This document shows, one piece after another, positions 58,467 through 64,000 of a stretch of 64,000 nt of DNA. Source of the DNA: Nitrospirota bacterium (lineage in GTDB: Bacteria; Nitrospirota; UBA9217); NCBI GenBank assembly GCA_963740085.1, contig CAVUCU010000001.1, positions 1,216,001-1,280,000 on the forward strand, read 5' to 3'. The stretch's first letter is position 1, and each line of letters opens with the position of its first letter. A program made the translations under genes and the position numbers. The notes beneath the pieces were generated by a model, which was given only the letters and a program-made list of their open reading frames with translations, had not been told where the DNA came from and ran no database searches.

Positions 58467-60569
58467 TTATTTCTCGGTCTCCGGCTGCTCGAAAATGATC
58501 CTTGCATCAACCGCTATTGCGCCCTTTTCCATCACCATGAGCGGGTTCACATCCAGTTCCTGGATCTCCGGAAAATCGGATATGAGGCATGAGAGGTTCA
58601 CAATATAGCTCGCGATCGCGTTGATGTCGGACGGCCGTTCTCCGCGCGCGCCGAGCAGGAGACCGATGGTCTTGATCTGGTTCACCATGGCGAGCGCGTC
58701 ATGTCGCGATACCGGCACGATCCTGAAAGCCACGTCTTTCAACACCTCGACATAGATGCCGCCAAGGCCGAACATGATCATGTGGCCGAACGTGCGGTCG
58801 TACGTAACGCCAAGGATCACTTCCCTGCCGCCTTTCAGCATCTCGAAGATCATCACGCCCTTGATGAAGGAATCGGGCATGAGGCGCCGCGCATTTGCGG
58901 TGATCTCAAGAAAGGCGTCTTCCACTTCATTCGCCGTCTTCACGTTCACGCGTACGCCGCCCACGTCGGTCTTGTGCAGAATGTCCGGTGACGAGATCTT
59001 CATAACCACGGGGAACCCGATACTGGATGCAAGCCGGACCGCCTCGCGTGATGTCTTCGCGAGCGCCCGCTTCGGGAACTGGAACCCGTAATAGGTGAGG
59101 ATCCGCATCGCCTCCTCCTCGCCGACCTGATACACGCCGGACTTGAGGATGGAGGTGATGGTCTCGTGCGCTGAGTCGAAGTTGTACCAGCTCGCCACGA
59201 CCTCTTCAAGCGCTTGATCCTTCCATTCCCGGAAGCCTGCCAGCCGTTTGAACGCCTTGACCGCCAGTTCGGGATAGACAAAGTTCGGGATAGACGCGGC
59301 CTTAAGCAGGTTGATACCGGCGCGCACGCGCTTCGCGCCCATGAAGGACGCGATGATCGGTTTTTCCGTGGTCATTGCTGTTTGAATGACCGCTTCGGCG
59401 GTCTTTTCCACATCGGTCATGGCCTGGGGCGTCAGGATCACGAGGATGCCGTCCACGTTCGGGTCTTTGGCTGCCTGTTCGAGCACAACGGCATAGCGCT
59501 CCGACGTCGCGTCGCCGATCACATCAATGGGGTTGAAGATCGAGGCGTTCGGCGGGAGCTTCGCTGCGATGGCATCGATGCTCTCTTTGGTCATGAGCGG
59601 CAGCTTGACGCCGAGCCGTTCTGCGGAGTCGACTGCAATAATGCCCGGTCCGCCGGCGTTCGTGATCACCAGCAGGCGGTTCCCCGCCGGGATCTTGCCC
59701 TCGGAAAAGGTAAGCGCCATGTCGAAGAGGTCCTGCACGCCCAGGGCCCGCATTACACCGGTCTGTTGAAAGGCAGCATCAAAGGCAATGTCGGACCCGG
59801 CGAGCGCGCCGGTATGGGACGATGCAGCGCGCGCGCCGGCTTCGGAGCCGCCGGACTTGAGCAGGATGATGGGCTTGACCTTGGTTGCTTTTTGCGCGAT
59901 CTCGATAAAGCGCCTGCCGTCGACCACGTCCTCGATATAACCCAGGATAAGGCTTGTGTCGGGATCGTTCATGAAATAATCGATGAAGTCGATCTCCGAT
60001 AGGTCTGCCTTGTTCCCGAGGCTGATGAACTTCGAGAACCCGACACCATTCCCGATGGCCCAGTCCATGATCGCGATACCCATGGCGCCGGACTGGGAGA
60101 AGAAGCCGATCGTGCCTTTCAACAGCATGTCCGCGGCAAAGGTGGCGTTCAGATCGTTCGCGGTGTTGATGATACCGAGGCAGTTCGGCCCCAGGATGCG
60201 GATATGGTGCTTCTTGCTGATCTGTTTGAGTTCTTCTTCAAGCAGTGTACCGCCGGCGCCGGCCTCCTTGAACCCTGCGCTGATGACAATGGCTGATTTT
60301 ATGCCAGCCGCGGCGCATGCACGGAGCGAGTCCGGAACGAGTTTCGCGGGGATCACGACGATCGCGAGGTCTATGGGCTGTCCGATGTCAGACACCTTCG
60401 CGTATACCTTGAGCCCGAGAATTTCGCCGGATGACGGATTGACGGGATACAGAGCGCCCGTGAACTTGAACCGTATAAGATTATTCAGGACCGCGTAGCC
60501 GACCTTTCCGGGGTCCGCGGATGCACCGATAACAGCAATGGCGACGGGATTAAAGAGGGATTTGAGCAT
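58467..60569 (-). CDS. Acetate/acyl-CoA ligase (ADP-forming), fused alpha+beta
   Basis: AVIGAS, GPNCLG, SQSGA, SHTGALAG, NAGGPG, SPDILHKTDVGG, ELDVNP. Start ATG 60569. Confidence 0.9.
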   Translation of the reverse strand: MLKSLFNPVAIAVIGASADPGKVGYAVLNNLIRFKFTGALYPVNPSSGEILGLKVYAKVSDIGQPIDLAIVVIPAKLVPDSLRACAAAGIKSAIVISAGFKEAGAGGTLLEEELKQISKKHHIRILGPNCLGIINTANDLNATFAADMLLKGTIGFFSQSGAMGIAIMDWAIGNGVGFSKFISLGNKADLSEIDFIDYFMNDPDTSLILGYIEDVVDGRRFIEIAQKATKVKPIILLKSGGSEAGARAASSHTGALAGSDIAFDAAFQQTGVMRALGVQDLFDMALTFSEGKIPAGNRLLVITNAGGPGIIAVDSAERLGVKLPLMTKESIDAIAAKLPPNASIFNPIDVIGDATSERYAVVLEQAAKDPNVDGILVILTPQAMTDVEKTAEAVIQTAMTTEKPIIASFMGAKRVRAGINLLKAASIPNFVYPELAVKAFKRLAGFREWKDQALEEVVASWYNFDSAHETITSILKSGVYQVGEEEAMRILTYYGFQFPKRALAKTSREAVRLASSIGFPVVMKISSPDILHKTDVGGVRVNVKTANEVEDAFLEITANARRLMPDSFIKGVMIFEMLKGGREVILGVTYDRTFGHMIMFGLGGIYVEVLKDVAFRIVPVSRHDALAMVNQIKTIGLLLGARGERPSDINAIASYIVNLSCLISDFPEIQELDVNPLMVMEKGAIAVDARIIFEQPETEK

Positions 60570-60769
60570 GTTGATGTAAGTGTAATGGAGAAACATTGAC
60601 GGGTCAAGGACAAAGAAGCACAACGGGGCGTTTTGCAAAACGTTGCTCTCAGGGTCGCTCTTCTGCTATAATTCAATAGAGAAAAAAAGGTGAATAGACT
60701 GAACGAAGAAGGGTTTTGTAGATAAACTTCAGCCTTCAGCCCAAACGCCTATAGGGAGCAAGGGCCGCC

Positions 60770-62665
60770 ATGACCAGAGAAGACCTGAACAAAAAAATGG
60801 AAAAGATGCGGGACCTCTACGCTGAGAAGTTCATTACCGAGGATCGCATCTTCAACACGATCCACCCCGGCAACCGTATTTTTATCGGAACAGGGTGCGG
60901 CGAGCCCCAGTATCTCGTGAAAGCCCTCATCAACTATGTCCGGGCAAACCCCAAGGCGTTCTTCGACGCCGAGGTGCTCCAGGTCTGGACACTGGGCGTG
61001 ACGCCCTATTCGGACGCAAAGTTCAAGGACAACTTCCGCACCAACTCTTTTTTCATCGGAAGCAACACCCGCGATGCGGTTAATCAAGGCCTCGCCGACT
61101 ACACGCCGGTGTTCCTGTCCCAGGTCCCGGCTCTGTTCCAGAAAAAACTCGTGCCCGTGGACGTAGCTATCATCCAGACCTCCCTCCCCGACGACCACGG
61201 GTTCATGAGCCTCGGCATCAGCGTGGACATCGTCAAGGCCGCGGCCGAGAACGCCGTCCTCGTTATCGCCCAGGTGAACCCCCGCATGCCGCGTGTGTTG
61301 GGCGATACCTTCATCAACATCAAGGAGGTGGACTTCATTGTCCCGTATGACGAGCCGCTCCTGGAATATGAGGATACGGTGGCCGATGAGATATCCCAGA
61401 AGATCGGAACCTACGTCTCACGCATCGTGGAGGATGGAGATACCCTGCAAGTGGGCTACGGCAGCATCCCGAACGCCATACTCGCTCACCTGAGGAACAA
61501 GAAACACCTGGGTGTGCACACCGAGCTGTTGACCGACGGGATTGTGGATCTCATGAGGCTCCACGTCATTGACAATACGTTCAAGGATCTGAACCGCGGA
61601 AAGACCGTTGCCGCCTTTTGCATGGGCAAACGGGATACCTACGACTTCCTGCACGACAACGCCGCGATCGAGTTTCGACCGGTGAACTATACCAATAATC
61701 CAACGGTCCTTGCACGTCAGAGGAATATGACCGCCATCAACAGCGCGCTCCAAATCGATCTCTCGGGTCAGGCCACCGCCGAGTCCATCGGCAAGCTGTT
61801 CTACAGCGGCATCGGCGGCCAGGCCGATTTCATGCGCGGCGCCGTGCTGTCACAGGGCGGCAAGACCATCCTGGCGATCCAATCCACGGCCGAGAACGAT
61901 GAGGTCTCGCGCATCGTCCCCTTCCTCACCGAGGGCGCGGGCGTGACGCTCTCGCGGGGAGACATCCACTATGTGGTGACCGAATACGGCATCGCTTACC
62001 TCCACGGCAAAAACATCCGCGAACGGGCCATGGACCTGATCTCGATCGCACACCCGAAATTCCGCGGATGGCTTATCGAAGAGGCGAAGGCCCGGAACCT
62101 CATCTATAAGGACCAGGCGTTTATTTCCGGCGTGCAGGGAGAATATCCCGAGTCGCTCGAGGCGTTCAAGACCACGCGCACGGGATTGGACCTTCGGCTC
62201 CGCCCGGTGAAGCTCTCCGATGAGCCTCTGCTGAAGGATTTTTTCTATTCCCTGTCGAATGACTCCATGTACCGGAGGTTCATCTCATCGCGTACCGACA
62301 TGCACCACGAACGGCTCCAGCCATTCGTGGTGATCGACTACACCAAGGAGATGGTGATCCTCGCTGTGGTCCCGCAGGAGCAGAAGGAACTGATCATGGG
62401 CATGGCGCAGTACCTGATCGATGAGAAGTCCCATACCGCCGAAGTGGCGTTTGTGGTGCGTGATGAAGACCAGGACAAGGGCATTGGCGCGGAGCTGCTT
62501 TCCTATGTCACGTATCTGGCAAGGAAGAGCGGCCTCCTCGGCTTCACCGCCGCTGTACTGATGGAGAACCGGCAGATGCTCCAGCTCTTCGAATCAATGG
62601 GGTTCATCATCGAAAAGCGGGCTGAGGGCGGGGTGTACGAACTCAAGATGTCGTTCAGGGATTAA
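60770..62665 (+). CDS. Acetyl-CoA hydrolase/CoA-transferase fused to a C-terminal GNAT domain
   Basis: GCGEP, LQVGYG.IP, HTE, GIGGQADF, YVVTEYG; GNAT part RRF, AEVAFVV..DQ.KGIG. Confidence 0.9.
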   Translation: MTREDLNKKMEKMRDLYAEKFITEDRIFNTIHPGNRIFIGTGCGEPQYLVKALINYVRANPKAFFDAEVLQVWTLGVTPYSDAKFKDNFRTNSFFIGSNTRDAVNQGLADYTPVFLSQVPALFQKKLVPVDVAIIQTSLPDDHGFMSLGISVDIVKAAAENAVLVIAQVNPRMPRVLGDTFINIKEVDFIVPYDEPLLEYEDTVADEISQKIGTYVSRIVEDGDTLQVGYGSIPNAILAHLRNKKHLGVHTELLTDGIVDLMRLHVIDNTFKDLNRGKTVAAFCMGKRDTYDFLHDNAAIEFRPVNYTNNPTVLARQRNMTAINSALQIDLSGQATAESIGKLFYSGIGGQADFMRGAVLSQGGKTILAIQSTAENDEVSRIVPFLTEGAGVTLSRGDIHYVVTEYGIAYLHGKNIRERAMDLISIAHPKFRGWLIEEAKARNLIYKDQAFISGVQGEYPESLEAFKTTRTGLDLRLRPVKLSDEPLLKDFFYSLSNDSMYRRFISSRTDMHHERLQPFVVIDYTKEMVILAVVPQEQKELIMGMAQYLIDEKSHTAEVAFVVRDEDQDKGIGAELLSYVTYLARKSGLLGFTAAVLMENRQMLQLFESMGFIIEKRAEGGVYELKMSFRD

Positions 62666-62799
62666 AGAACGCGGACCACCTTGAGCTTGGAGCATTTGGA
62701 TGATTGCTCTGTCCTCTCATCGGCGCAATAACAATGCTGAAAAATTCATTTTATTCGTTTTCGTTTGTAGTGAATGCCTGCCTGTTTGTCCTCACCTTC

Positions 62800-63999
62800 T
62801 CATGAGAACAGTGCCGCCTGGTCCCTGCGGAGCTGGGCAAAGCCTTCTGCCGGAAAATGGAACACATTCTTGAACACCCGGTTCATGACCGCTACAAGCT
62901 GCCGGAACTTGTAGGCATCATGATGGGATTCGCCCGTCTGTTCTGAATCGCGCCAGCTCTCGACATCCGAGATGCGCAACTCCACGCCCAGCGTGTGCTG
63001 CTCGGACTTTTTGCTCACTCCATCGCGGCCATCGTAGAGAGGTGTGCCGGGGATCATTATCTCGTTCGTATTGATGGCCCGGTGGATCGGTACGGAGAAG
63101 CCGATCTTGCATTGGAACTTCCGGTGTCCCTTCGATGTATGGACATTTTTCTCCCCGTTCATGCTCAATGCCTCGAAGAAGGAGACGGCCGAGGAATTTA
63201 CCTTCACCTCGTCGGGCAGCCCGCTGCCCCCTCTGCCTTTAGTCAGGCTGACCATCAACCTCCGCACAGCTTCCTTCATGCTCTTCGGGTCATCGAAGAG
63301 CGTCTGGGTGATCGAGTGTGACGCCGTGTTCTCCTGCAGGATCACGCCGCGTTTCTGGAGCGCATGGAAGAGTTTGAGCGTGTCATTCATGTCCTTCAGG
63401 ATGAACGTGATCGCCAGGATATCCCGAATGTCAAAGGCCTCGCCTTCAATGTCCTTGCCCAGCTTGGTGACCATGCTCTCAGGGCTCTTCAGCCGCGCCT
63501 TTACCTCGGCGATCTCAACCTCCACGCCGTCGCCGCTGTTGAAGATCAGGCAGCCTTTCTCCCCGTCGAAGCTCAGGGACTCACGCAGGCGGTGAAAGAA
63601 CAATGAGATCTTGACAAAGGCCCTCTGCGCCGGCTCAGTATCAGGGATATGGGACGGGTGATCCCATTCAAACTTGTAGAGGTCGTTTAGTCCGACCCCC
63701 TGGGCCTCAAGAAAGAACCCCAACTGGGCGTAATCGTTAATGTCCTGGCTGTCCTCCTCGACCGACTTGATCAGGTGGACCATCTTGAGCAGGCAACAGG
63801 CCGCCTGCTGCCAGGCAAGAGGAACGGCGAGTGACCGCGCCTGGTAACCGGAAAAGACGAACGGATACTTACGGGATGAAGCAAGGAGGAGGAGATGACG
63901 CGGATCATCGTCCACGATGCTCTTGAATAAATGATCCCTCATGATCGCCGCCACCCCGGCGATAACGGTCAGGCAGGTCCGGTAAAGCGTCTCATTGGA
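62800..63999 (-). CDS. RelA/SpoT-synthetase-like nucleotidyltransferase domain protein (5' partial)
   Basis: KARLKSPESMVTKL, DIRDILAITF, ELRI and H..YK; the frame is open to the window edge. Confidence 0.6.
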   Translation of the reverse strand, partial: SNETLYRTCLTVIAGVAAIMRDHLFKSIVDDDPRHLLLLASSRKYPFVFSGYQARSLAVPLAWQQAACCLLKMVHLIKSVEEDSQDINDYAQLGFFLEAQGVGLNDLYKFEWDHPSHIPDTEPAQRAFVKISLFFHRLRESLSFDGEKGCLIFNSGDGVEVEIAEVKARLKSPESMVTKLGKDIEGEAFDIRDILAITFILKDMNDTLKLFHALQKRGVILQENTASHSITQTLFDDPKSMKEAVRRLMVSLTKGRGGSGLPDEVKVNSSAVSFFEALSMNGEKNVHTSKGHRKFQCKIGFSVPIHRAINTNEIMIPGTPLYDGRDGVSKKSEQHTLGVELRISDVESWRDSEQTGESHHDAYKFRQLVAVMNRVFKNVFHFPAEGFAQLRRDQAALFS

Positions 64000-64000
64000 A

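Overview
64-kb window of a GC-rich (by eye) bacterial chromosome. The gene content suggests an anaerobic diderm, probably Nitrospirota- or Desulfobacterota-like (inference). No rRNA, tRNA, CRISPR array or intact mobile element was seen. Housekeeping and metabolic genes include two P-type ATPases, two ADP-forming acyl-CoA ligase systems, cysteine synthase, a ParC-like topoisomerase subunit, OppD/F-type ATPases and a class IV aminotransferase. The standout is a ~13.6-kb minus-strand operon (51116->37494) encoding secreted DUF11/CnaB-like Ig proteins, a 2061-aa OmpA/beta-barrel protein and a triple-MshEN protein with an internal lipobox. The C-terminal DUF11 domain of each small subunit stops before the Asn-bearing 'GTxIxNTA' hairpin, and that same hairpin sits at the mature N-terminus of other members. 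The resulting donor-only base, donor+acceptor shaft and acceptor-only lectin tip pattern suggests a strand-complemented, possibly isopeptide-crosslinked pilus with its own outer-membrane platform (inference). Other points of interest are in-frame heptamer palindromes inside ATPase genes, a deletion scar containing a B12-radical SAM remnant, tandem Crp/Fnr-type boxes before a Lig-like adhesin, an unlisted 53-aa membrane microprotein, a TerC fusion and several reading-frame breaks that may be assembly errors.
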